This document shows, piece by piece, positions 49,402 through 58,984 of a stretch of 64,000 bases of DNA; position 1 is the first letter of the stretch, and the number at the start of each line of letters is the position of its first letter. Under the pieces are notes generated by a model, which made no database searches, was not told the origin of the DNA, and saw nothing but the letters and a program-made list of their open reading frames with translations. Position numbers and translations under genes: made by a program. This stretch comes from Candidatus Cloacimonadales bacterium (GTDB taxonomy: Bacteria > Cloacimonadota > Cloacimonadia > Cloacimonadales > JAIOQZ01), in NCBI GenBank assembly GCA_963665815.1, contig OY762463.1, positions 3,488,001-3,552,000 of the forward strand. The letters are read 5' to 3'.

Positions 49402-50634
49402 ATGTCATCGAATTTACTGAGTTCTCTGAATGAACTTGCTAATTTAAAGCAGCTTAATAGAAACGAAATAATTGAAATTGTGAAATCAAGTCTGTATCAG
49501 GCAATATCAAAAAAGTTGATTGAAGATAATGAACTGGAAATTGAAGCTGAATTCGCTACAAATACAATCAAAGCAAGATTTAAGAAGATTGTTGCTGAAT
49601 TTGACAGTTCACTTGGTGAAATAACACTGGAAGAGGCTAAAAAAATCAGGCCTGGTGTTGAGCTTGGTGATAAAATTGAAGTTGCACTTCAAATCCATGA
49701 GTTTGAACCAAAAGTGATTAAAAATGCAAGAAAATCTATTCAGGAGAAAATCAAAGCTCTCGAAGAACAGAGAATTATGTTTGATTATGAAAAGCAGAAG
49801 AAACAGATTGTAAACGGTAAAATAAGAAAGATTGATTTTAACGGTTATACCATTGATATAGGTTATGCTGATGCACTTCTACCTGGTGAAGAGCAGATTG
49901 AAGATGAATTTTACAAAGTTGGCGACATTATCAAATGTTATGTTGTTAACATCAGAAAATCAAAGAATACTGTGAAAGTTATTGTTTCCAGAACTCATCC
50001 TGAATTTGTTAAGAAATTATTTGAAAGTGAAGTTCCGGAAGTGTTCTCCGGTGATATAGAAGTTAAGAAAATAGTTCGTGAACCGGGCTTGAGAACAAAA
50101 GTATGCGTATACTCTCAAGATCCTAATATAGATGCTGCCGGAAGTTGCCTGGGACCAAAAGGAATCAGGATTGAGCAAATCAGAAAAGAGCTTCACGGAG
50201 AACAGATTGATATCGTTGTATGGGACGAGTCTCCTGAACAGTTTATTGCTAATGCAATAGGTTTCGATCTTGTTGATAGAGTTTATCTTGCAAACAGAGG
50301 TAAATTTGCGAGAGTAATTGTATCTGAAAAGAACAAGAACCTTGCAATAGGTAAAAAGGGTAAGAATGTCAAACTTGCTGCAAAACTTACAGAATATAAA
50401 CTTGACATTTACACTGATGAAGAATTTGAAGAAAAGATTTCTGAAGAACGAAGAATTACCAGTCACATTGTTGAACTTGACGGTATGACTTCCAAAGTAG
50501 AAGAAATCTTGAAACAATATGGTTATACATCTGTGCAGGATATTCATCTCGCATCCGTAGAGGAGTTATGTCTTCTTGAAGGTGTTGGTGAAAAAACTGC
50601 AATCAGAATAAAAGAATCTGCGAAGCATTTCTAA
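49402..50634 (+). CDS. nusA: Transcription factor NusA
   Basis: VSRTHP, REPGLRTKV, IDIVVW, AIGKKGKNVKLAAKLT, C-terminal HhH. Confidence 0.97.
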   Translation: MSSNLLSSLNELANLKQLNRNEIIEIVKSSLYQAISKKLIEDNELEIEAEFATNTIKARFKKIVAEFDSSLGEITLEEAKKIRPGVELGDKIEVALQIHEFEPKVIKNARKSIQEKIKALEEQRIMFDYEKQKKQIVNGKIRKIDFNGYTIDIGYADALLPGEEQIEDEFYKVGDIIKCYVVNIRKSKNTVKVIVSRTHPEFVKKLFESEVPEVFSGDIEVKKIVREPGLRTKVCVYSQDPNIDAAGSCLGPKGIRIEQIRKELHGEQIDIVVWDESPEQFIANAIGFDLVDRVYLANRGKFARVIVSEKNKNLAIGKKGKNVKLAAKLTEYKLDIYTDEEFEEKISEERRITSHIVELDGMTSKVEEILKQYGYTSVQDIHLASVEELCLLEGVGEKTAIRIKESAKHF

Positions 50635-50888
50635 TGCCTTCCAGAGCGTCTCATGTAGGTCATATTGCCGAAAGGACATGTGTTGCCTGCAGAAATAAAG
50701 GAACAATGCCTGAGATGCTGAAGTTTTCAGTAATTTCAGGAGAAATAGTATTTGATCTTTACAGGAAATTACCTGAAAAAGGTATGTATATTTGCAGAAA
50801 AGAGTCTTGCTTATCTGTACTTGAGTCTAAATGGCTGAAGAAATTTCTTAAGAAACTGAATCGCAATGAAAAATCTTCAAAAAATTAA
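50634..50888 (+). CDS. ylxR: YlxR/DUF448 protein
   Basis: RTCVACR...GMYIC...C after nusA. Confidence 0.85.
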   Translation: MPSRASHVGHIAERTCVACRNKGTMPEMLKFSVISGEIVFDLYRKLPEKGMYICRKESCLSVLESKWLKKFLKKLNRNEKSSKN

Positions 50889-51180
50889 AACTTTATTACA
50901 GTTTGCTCTTAAAGCAGGTAGATTGTCTATAGGAATTACTTCTGTAACAAAATCTGTGCTTTACAAGAAAGCAAGGCTTATAATCATTGCGTCAGACTGT
51001 GGAACTAACATTGATAAGAAACTGAATACGGTGCTAAAAAACGGCAAGGTAGATGTTTACCGGTCGAGTTCAGATAAAGACAGTCTGGGAAGTATATTGA
51101 ATTATAATGAAGTCAGTGTAGTTTCAGTTAATGATGAAAACTTTGCAAAAGGAATTTTGAAGAAAATTAAGAATGAATGA
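50866..51180 (+). CDS. L7Ae family RNA-binding protein (YlxQ-like)
   Basis: LLQFALKAGRLSIG, LIIIASD, position before infB. Confidence 0.88.
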   Translation: MKNLQKIKTLLQFALKAGRLSIGITSVTKSVLYKKARLIIIASDCGTNIDKKLNTVLKNGKVDVYRSSSDKDSLGSILNYNEVSVVSVNDENFAKGILKKIKNE

Positions 51181-51202
51181 ACGGAAGTGAATTGGAGGAA
51201 AA

Positions 51203-53830
51203 TTGCCACTCAGAGTACATGAATTAGCTAAAGAACTGAAAATATCAACAGCAGCATTAAGATCTCATTTACAGGACTTGAATGTGAAAGTAAAAAGTCA
51301 CATGAGTTTTGTTGATGATGATGTTGTATCTAAAATACGAAGAATGTATGCGGATCAAGTTGCTGCGATTAAGAAAATGGAGTCTTCCAGAAGACAATAT
51401 CATCATGGGCAAAAGCAGTCCAGATCAGGGCAATCTCCAAGAAATAGAAAACCTAAAGATCCCTTTCATAAACAATTGGACTCAATTGAGAAGGATATTA
51501 AAAGAGAGCCTTCCAATCAACCTTACAAACAGTATAATGATAATAGAAGACCTGATAACAGAAATGACAGACAGAAGAGTGATGGCGAGCAGATCAGAAC
51601 TTTTGTAGAAAAACCAATCAAGAAAAAAACAGGTCAAAGAGATTCAGGATTTCAGAAAAAAACTTACAATAATGATAGAGGCCCTCGTTCTAATCAGGGT
51701 TACTCAGGTAGAAATACAGGTGGTTCAGGCAGACCTCAATCATCACGTCCGAAACCAGATGGATTTAAGAAACCTTTTACTCCAAAACCTGTTCCAAAAA
51801 CAAGTTTTGAAAAAGTTACACCACCTGAAACGGATCTTTCCAGAAAGTTCGGTAAAGGTAAAAAAGTAGATACAAAAGAGCTTGGAAACAAAAGTAAACA
51901 CCTGCAGGCAAAAATCAAGCATACTACATCTAAAGGAAAGAGAAAGAAGAAATTCGTTCCTACTGAACTTGAAGCTGCAGAAATTACAAAAAATATCCGT
52001 CAAACTTTAAAACTGTCATCTTCTAAGAAGAAAAAATATAAGAAAGACGATAAAAAAACTTCAGATCAAAACATCTCGAAAGAAATCGTAATCAGTGATT
52101 TCACATCAGTTAGTGAATTGGCTAAGATAATGAATATTCAACCAACTGAAATTATTGCAAAATTCTTTTCACTCGGTCAAATGGTTACAATTAATCAGAG
52201 ACTGGACAAAGAATCTCTTGAGATGATCTGTGATGAATTTGAGTTTGAAGTATCATTCCAGGAAGAATATGGTACTGAATTGCTTGAAAAACAGATTGAT
52301 CTATTCGAAGATGTAGATGAAGAGGAAAGACCTCCTATCGTAACCATTATGGGTCACGTTGACCATGGTAAAACATCTATTCTTGACTATATCAGAAATG
52401 AAAATGTTATAGCCGGTGAGTCCGGTGGTATCACTCAGCACATTGGAGCATACCAGGTAGAATATAACGGAAAGAAGATTTCCTTTATTGATACTCCCGG
52501 TCACGAAGCTTTCACAGCAATGAGAGCTCGTGGAGCAAATATTACCGATATCGCGATCATTGTTGTAGCGGCAAATGATGGTGTTATGCCTCAGACAATT
52601 GAAGCAATTGACCATGCTAAAGCTGCAGGAGTAACTTTGATCATTGCTATCAACAAAGTAGATCTTCCAGATGCGAATGTGGATAGAACAATTGCCAACC
52701 TTGCAGAACAGAAACTTTTCCTTGAAGGATATGGTGGTGAGGTACTCTGGTGTCAAACTTCAGCTGTAACAGGCGAAGGTATAAATGATCTGCTTGATAC
52801 TATATTGCTTGCCTCTGAAGTTGAAGAACTTAAAGCAAAAGTGGATGTTCCCGGAAAAGGTGTTGTTATAGAATCAAGACTCGACTCCAGAATGGGTGTC
52901 ATAATGACTATTCTTCTTCAGGAAGGTATGCTGAAACGCGGAGACAGTGTTGTCTGTGGTGCTACTTTCGGAAAAGTAAGAAGAATGGAGAATGAACGTG
53001 GTTCTCAGATTAAAGAGATTGGACCATCTTCAGTTGCCGTTATTTATGGAATGAACTCTGTTCCTAAAGCTGGTGATATAATAAACAAAGTAGAAAATGA
53101 AAAAACTGCACGTTCTATCAGTTCTGAAAGAAAGCTGATTAGAAGTGAAAGAGAAAAATACAAGTCTAAAACAAGTCTGGATAACCTGTTCCAGAAAATT
53201 AAAGAACATAAGATGTCCGAAATTAAGCTTATTGTTAAAGCCGATACTGATGGATCTATGGAGGCTCTATGTGATTCGTTCCAGAAGCTTTCAAATGAGG
53301 AAGTGATGATTCAGATTATTCACAGATCAGTTGGTGCTGTAATTGAAGCAGATGTTAACCTTGCTGCTGCCTCTGATGCTATTATCATTGGTTTCCACGT
53401 GAGAGCAAACAGTCAGTCTATTAAGCTTGCTGAAGAGAACGGTATAGAAATCAAGACATATCAGATTATTTATGATGCGATCCAGGACCTGAAACATGCT
53501 ATAGAAGGTATGCTTTCCCCGGATATCGTTACTGAACATATTGGTACTGCAGAAGTAAAACAGATTTTCAAAATTAAGAAAATTGGTGTTATTGCAGGTT
53601 GTGCTATAACGAAAGGTCATATTACAAGTGAAGCTGATCTTAAGTTATTCAGAAATGATGCACTTGTCTATGAAGGTGATATTTCATCTCTCAAACACTA
53701 TAATGCGGACGTTAAAGAAGTTAAATCAGGTACTGAATGCGGTATTGGTATTCAGAATTTCAATGATATTAAAGAAGGCGATATAATAGAAGCTTATGTT
53801 TCAAAAGAAGTTCAGAGAACTCTTAGTTAG
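51203..53830 (+). CDS. infB: Translation initiation factor IF-2 (TTG start)
   Basis: RVHELAKEL, MGHVDHGKT, GGITQHIGAY, DTPGHEAF, NKVD. Confidence 0.99.
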   Translation: MPLRVHELAKELKISTAALRSHLQDLNVKVKSHMSFVDDDVVSKIRRMYADQVAAIKKMESSRRQYHHGQKQSRSGQSPRNRKPKDPFHKQLDSIEKDIKREPSNQPYKQYNDNRRPDNRNDRQKSDGEQIRTFVEKPIKKKTGQRDSGFQKKTYNNDRGPRSNQGYSGRNTGGSGRPQSSRPKPDGFKKPFTPKPVPKTSFEKVTPPETDLSRKFGKGKKVDTKELGNKSKHLQAKIKHTTSKGKRKKKFVPTELEAAEITKNIRQTLKLSSSKKKKYKKDDKKTSDQNISKEIVISDFTSVSELAKIMNIQPTEIIAKFFSLGQMVTINQRLDKESLEMICDEFEFEVSFQEEYGTELLEKQIDLFEDVDEEERPPIVTIMGHVDHGKTSILDYIRNENVIAGESGGITQHIGAYQVEYNGKKISFIDTPGHEAFTAMRARGANITDIAIIVVAANDGVMPQTIEAIDHAKAAGVTLIIAINKVDLPDANVDRTIANLAEQKLFLEGYGGEVLWCQTSAVTGEGINDLLDTILLASEVEELKAKVDVPGKGVVIESRLDSRMGVIMTILLQEGMLKRGDSVVCGATFGKVRRMENERGSQIKEIGPSSVAVIYGMNSVPKAGDIINKVENEKTARSISSERKLIRSEREKYKSKTSLDNLFQKIKEHKMSEIKLIVKADTDGSMEALCDSFQKLSNEEVMIQIIHRSVGAVIEADVNLAAASDAIIIGFHVRANSQSIKLAEENGIEIKTYQIIYDAIQDLKHAIEGMLSPDIVTEHIGTAEVKQIFKIKKIGVIAGCAITKGHITSEADLKLFRNDALVYEGDISSLKHYNADVKEVKSGTECGIGIQNFNDIKEGDIIEAYVSKEVQRTLS

Positions 53831-53848
53831 ACGGCACATTTGTGCCGT
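53831..53848 (+). other. Hairpin immediately after the infB stop
   Basis: ACGGCACA-TT-TGTGCCGT. Confidence 0.5.
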
Positions 53849-53910
53849 TTAACGGCTTTTGATACTTCCCTTTTCTATGTCACAACTATTGCCTGTATAG
53901 AAGGTTTATT

Positions 53911-54288
53911 ATGCCAAGTATCAGAATACAGAGACTCCAGAGTGAGTTAAAAAAACTGTTTAATATTACAATTAACGAAACTATCAGAGATGAGCGACTT
54001 TCCTGGGTAACGGTCACAGAAGTTGCAATGTCAAAAGATCTGCATTATGCAAGAGTAAGTTTCAGTACAATGGAAGATGATGAAAAAACTAATGCAAGAG
54101 TTTGTAGATTATTAACTTCTGCTTCAGGAGTTTTCAAGAAAGCAATTGGGAGTGCTCATATTATGCGTACTATACCTGAGCTTACATTTGTGTACGATCA
54201 AACCGGTGCCAGAGCAAGAAAAGTTGAAGAGCTTCTTGATAGAATTAAAAGAGAAAGAGAAGAAAGAGAAGACAATGATTCTGAATAA
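53911..54288 (+). CDS. rbfA: Ribosome-binding factor A
   Basis: IRDERL, VTVTEVAMSKDL, RTIPELTFVYD. Confidence 0.95.
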   Translation: MPSIRIQRLQSELKKLFNITINETIRDERLSWVTVTEVAMSKDLHYARVSFSTMEDDEKTNARVCRLLTSASGVFKKAIGSAHIMRTIPELTFVYDQTGARARKVEELLDRIKREREEREDNDSE

Positions 54289-55258
54289 TATAAGTGACCT
54301 TAAAGCAAAATTTGTTCAGGCAATTGAAGAACATGAGTCAATTGGTATTGTAACACATATAAATCCTGATGGTGATGGTTTTGCTGCTTGTCTTGCTTTA
54401 AAAAAACTGCTTAAAGACTTTAATAAAAAAACAGATATTATACTTGAAAAAGAGATTACCGAGCAATACGATTTTATTGATGGTAATAAAGAATCTATTA
54501 CAATGAATGATAGTTTAAGCTATACACTGCTTATATTGCTTGATTGTCATGAATCCAAAAGAATTGGAATCTGCTCTCCGCTTGTAGACAAGGCAGAGGC
54601 AGTTTTTGCAATTGATCATCACCCATTGCGTGAAGAAATAGCCAATAGCTATACTTATATAGATACTGATTCTGCCAGTGTTGGTGTTATTGTCTGGAAT
54701 TTATTCAGGGAGAAGATTGCGGAATCTGAAAATGCTGTCTATATTGCTAAAGCAATTTATACAACAATATTGAATGATACAGATAACTTTCTTAATGCTA
54801 ATACTGATTCTGCCGTGTTTAATATTTGCAGTGATTTGTGTAAGTTTGATATTAAACCGGGGGAAATAACCAGACATTTCATTATGGGAAAAAAACCGAT
54901 GGAATTGAAATTCATTGGTAAAGTAATGAATACAATTGAGATGCATAATAAAAACAGAATAATGTTTCTGGTTTCAACCAGGCATGACCTTGATGAACTG
55001 GATCTTGATTCTCATGCGACATCCAAGATAACAAGATGGGTTAAAGGTGCCAGAGATGTAATTGCAGTTGTTTATTTTAGAGAAATTGCAGAAGATACAT
55101 ACCGACTAAGTCTCAGAACAGAAACTCTGAATGTGAATAAAATTGCAGTTTCATATGGTGGTGGAGGTCATGTAAGAGCTTCCGGCTGTGAGATTAAAGG
55201 TAAACTCGAAGATGTTAAAAAAGACATTTTGAAGTCTTTGAACGAACAGATAGACTAA
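54275..55258 (+). CDS. nrnA: DHH/DHHA1 nanoRNase/pAp phosphatase
   Basis: HINPDGD, IDHH, DT, SLR, GGGGHVRASG; start moved to ATG 54275. Confidence 0.88.
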   Translation: MILNNISDLKAKFVQAIEEHESIGIVTHINPDGDGFAACLALKKLLKDFNKKTDIILEKEITEQYDFIDGNKESITMNDSLSYTLLILLDCHESKRIGICSPLVDKAEAVFAIDHHPLREEIANSYTYIDTDSASVGVIVWNLFREKIAESENAVYIAKAIYTTILNDTDNFLNANTDSAVFNICSDLCKFDIKPGEITRHFIMGKKPMELKFIGKVMNTIEMHNKNRIMFLVSTRHDLDELDLDSHATSKITRWVKGARDVIAVVYFREIAEDTYRLSLRTETLNVNKIAVSYGGGGHVRASGCEIKGKLEDVKKDILKSLNEQID

Positions 55259-55259
55259 G

Positions 55260-56123
55260 ATGAAAGCAGGATTTATTGTTATAGATAAACCGGAAGGTAT
55301 ATCTTCGTTTGATGTAATACGCAAAATCAGAAGAATTACCGGAATTAGAAAATTTGGGCATACAGGGACTCTTGATCCATTTGCAACCGGGATTTTACCA
55401 TTACTTTTCGGAAAGTATACCAGACTTGCTCAATTCATTTCACATCTTGATAAAAGCTATGAAGTTACTATGAAGCTGGGGATTAAAACGGATACTGCTG
55501 ACATAACAGGAAATATAATTGTAAGCTGTGACGATCCTATAGAAGCAATTGATGCGCAGGCTTTAACAGAATTTGTTGAAGGCATCAAAAAGCAAATTCC
55601 ACCAAAGTATTCTGCGATTAAAATCGATGGCAAAGCAGCTTACAAATATGCCCGAGAAAATAAAGAGATAGATATTCCTGAACGTGATATAACAGTATAC
55701 AATTTTACATTAGTAGATTATCATTATCCATACCTTAAATACGTTGCTTCGGTTAGCAAAGGAACCTATATAAGAACATTGTCTGAATCGATTGGTGAGT
55801 TTCTTGGTGTACCTGCAACAACATCTGGTCTCAGAAGAATTGTTGTTGGAGACATCGGTATCGAAGCAGCTGTCAGACTTGAGGATCTTGATGAAGAAAC
55901 CTGGGAGAAGTATCTGATGAATCCTGTTGAGTATATGTCTGATCTGGAAAAAATCATTGTCTCTGATGCTGAACTGGAAAAACTTAAGTATGGGCAGAAG
56001 ATTCAAATAAGTGCACTTGACAAAAATAACTGCAAGTATGCAGTTTTGGATAAAAATAATCAGGTATGTGCTATTGGAGTTGTAAAAGACTCTTTTTTTA
56101 AGCCGGAAATGGTTTTTATATGA
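55260..56123 (+). CDS. truB: tRNA pseudouridine(55) synthase
   Basis: GHTGTLDPFATG, QIPPKYSAIK, SKGTYIRTL. Confidence 0.97.
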   Translation: MKAGFIVIDKPEGISSFDVIRKIRRITGIRKFGHTGTLDPFATGILPLLFGKYTRLAQFISHLDKSYEVTMKLGIKTDTADITGNIIVSCDDPIEAIDAQALTEFVEGIKKQIPPKYSAIKIDGKAAYKYARENKEIDIPERDITVYNFTLVDYHYPYLKYVASVSKGTYIRTLSESIGEFLGVPATTSGLRRIVVGDIGIEAAVRLEDLDEETWEKYLMNPVEYMSDLEKIIVSDAELEKLKYGQKIQISALDKNNCKYAVLDKNNQVCAIGVVKDSFFKPEMVFI

Positions 56124-57055
56124 TTCAGGATATCTATAAACATGAATTTCATAATCCCGTTGTGACTATGGGGACATTTGATGGTGTTCATAAAGGACAT
56201 CAACATCTTCTTGAACAGGTAAAAATGCATGCTGACAAAATTAACGGAAATTCTATTGCAATTACTTATTATCATCATCCTCTTGAAACACTTAATAAAG
56301 TTACATTTCCTTATCTGCTCACAGAAAAATCCAGAAAAGAAGCACTACTGAAGTCCTATGGAATTGATAAAGTGTTTTTCCTTAACTTCACAAAAGAAAT
56401 GGCTGGAATGACTGCATATGACTTCCTGAGGGATATCCTGATCAAACATATTAATCCAAAAGTTATTGTTGCAGGTTATGACACTCACTTTGGATTGAAC
56501 AGAGAAGGCAATTACGATTTTTTGAAAAAACATGAAGCTGACTTTAACTACAATGCTGAAATAGTAGAACAGTTTTGTGTGAATAAGGAAGTCGCAAGCA
56601 GCAGTAATATAAGAGAGCATATAAGAACAGGGGATATGGAATCTGCCAAAGCTTTACTCGGACGTTACTATACTCTTGACGGTATTGTTGTTCATGGCAT
56701 GAGTCTGGGGCGTGAGCTTGGTTTCCCAACAATCAATATTCATCCTGAAGATGACATGAAACTGATCCCGCATACAGGTATCTATTTTACCAAAGTGAGA
56801 TTCTCAGATAAGGAATTCTTTGCTCTGGCAAACATTGGCTATTCTCCAACAATTAAACATACCGGAATAGTTGAACTCGAAGCTTATCTTCTTGATTTTT
56901 CAGGAGATCTTTATGATAAAAATGTTGAGATAAGTTTTTTGAAAAGACTCAGAGATGAAATTGAGTTTAAAAACCAGGATGAATTAATTGACCAGATTAA
57001 ACTTGATGTTGTTGAAGCAAGAAAGTTAATTGCTGAGATTAATCGTCATAACTGA
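56120..57055 (+). CDS. ribF: Riboflavin kinase/FAD synthetase
   Basis: GTFDGVHKGH, SSSNIR, GRELGFPTIN, DLYDK, LRDEIEF. Confidence 0.97.
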   Translation: MIQDIYKHEFHNPVVTMGTFDGVHKGHQHLLEQVKMHADKINGNSIAITYYHHPLETLNKVTFPYLLTEKSRKEALLKSYGIDKVFFLNFTKEMAGMTAYDFLRDILIKHINPKVIVAGYDTHFGLNREGNYDFLKKHEADFNYNAEIVEQFCVNKEVASSSNIREHIRTGDMESAKALLGRYYTLDGIVVHGMSLGRELGFPTINIHPEDDMKLIPHTGIYFTKVRFSDKEFFALANIGYSPTIKHTGIVELEAYLLDFSGDLYDKNVEISFLKRLRDEIEFKNQDELIDQIKLDVVEARKLIAEINRHN

Positions 57056-57347
57056 AAAAGAAAAGTACAGCTCCCCATAAACATTGCAGAAACGAATATT
57101 TTCTTCTACAATCTTTAAACATTCTATACATACCCCGAGGTGAATAAATATTCACATTGTTTTGTCTCTCAAGATTTATTTTACGCTGATAAATCTCTGT
57201 TCTCGTAGACCACTCAATAGCTCCATCTTCTCCATGTTTATAGGGAATATAACCTTGGTCAATATACGCTTTTTTTTCTGCCGGATTCATTCTTACATCT
57301 TTGGGGTCAAGAATAATTATATCATCATGTTTCTTCTGAGGAGACAT
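57039..57347 (-). CDS. Hypothetical protein
   Basis: 102-aa ORF with GGAG RBS and upstream TTGACA-N16-TACATT; 3' end overlaps ribF convergently. Confidence 0.6.
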   Translation of the reverse strand: MSPQKKHDDIIILDPKDVRMNPAEKKAYIDQGYIPYKHGEDGAIEWSTRTEIYQRKINLERQNNVNIYSPRGMYRMFKDCRRKYSFLQCLWGAVLFFFSYDD

Positions 57348-57496
57348 GTATACTCCATGTTAAGTATTTTGATCATAATGTATACTTTCATGTAAAATTG
57401 TCAAACAATAAATATCATCCAGAATGCGATTAGGTCAGAAATGTCTCAAAATCAACACACATATTGATTAAGTTGTAAATAGTAAATCCTTAATTA

Positions 57497-57526
57497 CAAA
57501 GAGTCCATCAAAATTCGATGGACTCT
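57497..57526 (-). terminator. Hairpin terminator after trxA
   Basis: AGAGTCCATC/GATGGACTCT 10-bp stem. Confidence 0.7.
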
Positions 57527-57553
57527 GTTGTAAAGTGATTGCAAACTATGAGT

Positions 57554-57901
57554 TTATAACAGTATGCTATCTATTGATGATTTTAGCTGTTCCTTAGGTA
57601 ACGCACCCATTGCCATCTGAGGTTTCCCTTCTTTAGGAATGAACAACAAAGATGGGATACTTCTTATTCCAAAAGCCCCGGCAAGTTCCTGCTGTTCCTC
57701 AGTATTTACCTTAAATATGTCGATTTTACCTTCATACTCCTGAGATAATTCCTCAAGTACAGGAGCTATCATTTTGCAAGGTCCGCACCAGTCTGCATAA
57801 AAATCGATTAAACATGGTTTTTCACCAATGAATTTCCAGTCTTCGCTATTCTCATAATCAAATATCTTTTTGATGAATGTTTCTTTTGTTAAGTGTTCCA
57901 T
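57554..57901 (-). CDS. trxA: Thioredoxin
   Basis: DFYADWCGPCK, IRSIP; no signal peptide. Confidence 0.95.
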   Translation of the reverse strand: MEHLTKETFIKKIFDYENSEDWKFIGEKPCLIDFYADWCGPCKMIAPVLEELSQEYEGKIDIFKVNTEEQQELAGAFGIRSIPSLLFIPKEGKPQMAMGALPKEQLKSSIDSILL

Positions 57902-57929
57902 GATTTCTCCTTAAATATCCTTTTTAAAG

Positions 57930-57957
57930 ATTATAACTCTAAACTTGATAATGTCAA
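57930..57957 (-). promoter_or_regulatory. Sigma70 promoter of trxA
   Basis: TTGACA-N16-TATAAT. Confidence 0.8.
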
Positions 57958-57989
57958 ATATTATTTTTAATAATTATAACTATTATTAA

Positions 57990-58979
57990 TTATCTGTCAC
58001 CTGTAAATCGAAAGAGTGCGCCGGATGTCTCTTCATTAATACCAAAAGCATATTTGTTTAACTGCTGTTGCACTGCTTCCAGCGGGAATCCTTTTTTCAC
58101 TGCAATAATAAATGAAGTACTGTTTAATTCTTCAATAACTACATCTTCTAAGGTTGACTCTGTGAATATAATAGAGTTTTCTAAATCCTTGAAGCTCACA
58201 GTGTCATTTATTGTTTTTATTTCGATGTTTCTACCAGTCTCTGCACTGAGCATTTTTTGCAGTTCCTTGAAATACCCCTGATTATCCTCAGCATATACAA
58301 GTATGTTTCGTTTCGTTTCAAAAACGCTGATTTGCTCAATATAATTCATAGGTGGAGCAGGATTAAAGTATTTCACAAGTCCTGTGATACCAAGAATTGT
58401 ATATATTACAGCAACGAGCAATGCGGCATATCTGGCGTATTTTTTGATAATGTGAATTTTGGTTAGTACGTTAACAAATGCGAGTGGGAGCAGGAAAAGT
58501 GATGTACTGATGAAAAATCCAAAGAAAAGAAGCATTCCATTAATCACACCTCCGATATCAAGTACACGTGAAAGAGCTATAAGGAATGACGGGCAGAAAT
58601 TTATCCCGGTCAGAATACCTAACAGAAAAGCGCTTTTGGAAATTTTGGCAATTTTCGGTACAGCACATTTTTTATGTTCATTGTGAGTTCTGTATGTTGT
58701 CAGCAAGAGATATGCAGAGAGCAATATGTAGGCTATTGACGTATACAATGATCTGTTTGTTCCGGAAATAACAGATCCGGTAAAACCTGCTAATGCTCCA
58801 AAAGTAAGGTATGAGAAAAATCTACCGGCGGAGATTTCTACAACAGCCATTATACTGCTGCTTATCTTTCTGTCTTCTGTCAGAAGGTAGGGAAGGTAAA
58901 TCGGTGCACAGGATGCAAGGCATGTTGCTCCTGTTGCAAAGCCGAAGAACAGTCCTTCAAATAATATTCCGAACTGCAT
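57990..58979 (-). CDS. DsbD_2/CcdA-like (TauE-superfamily) polytopic membrane protein with soluble C-terminal domain
   Basis: About six hydrophobic segments; TCLASCAP and GINFCP Cys motifs; GRFFSYLTFGALAG. Confidence 0.72.
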   Translation of the reverse strand: MQFGILFEGLFFGFATGATCLASCAPIYLPYLLTEDRKISSSIMAVVEISAGRFFSYLTFGALAGFTGSVISGTNRSLYTSIAYILLSAYLLLTTYRTHNEHKKCAVPKIAKISKSAFLLGILTGINFCPSFLIALSRVLDIGGVINGMLLFFGFFISTSLFLLPLAFVNVLTKIHIIKKYARYAALLVAVIYTILGITGLVKYFNPAPPMNYIEQISVFETKRNILVYAEDNQGYFKELQKMLSAETGRNIEIKTINDTVSFKDLENSIIFTESTLEDVVIEELNSTSFIIAVKKGFPLEAVQQQLNKYAFGINEETSGALFRFTGDR

Positions 58980-58984
58980 AATTT

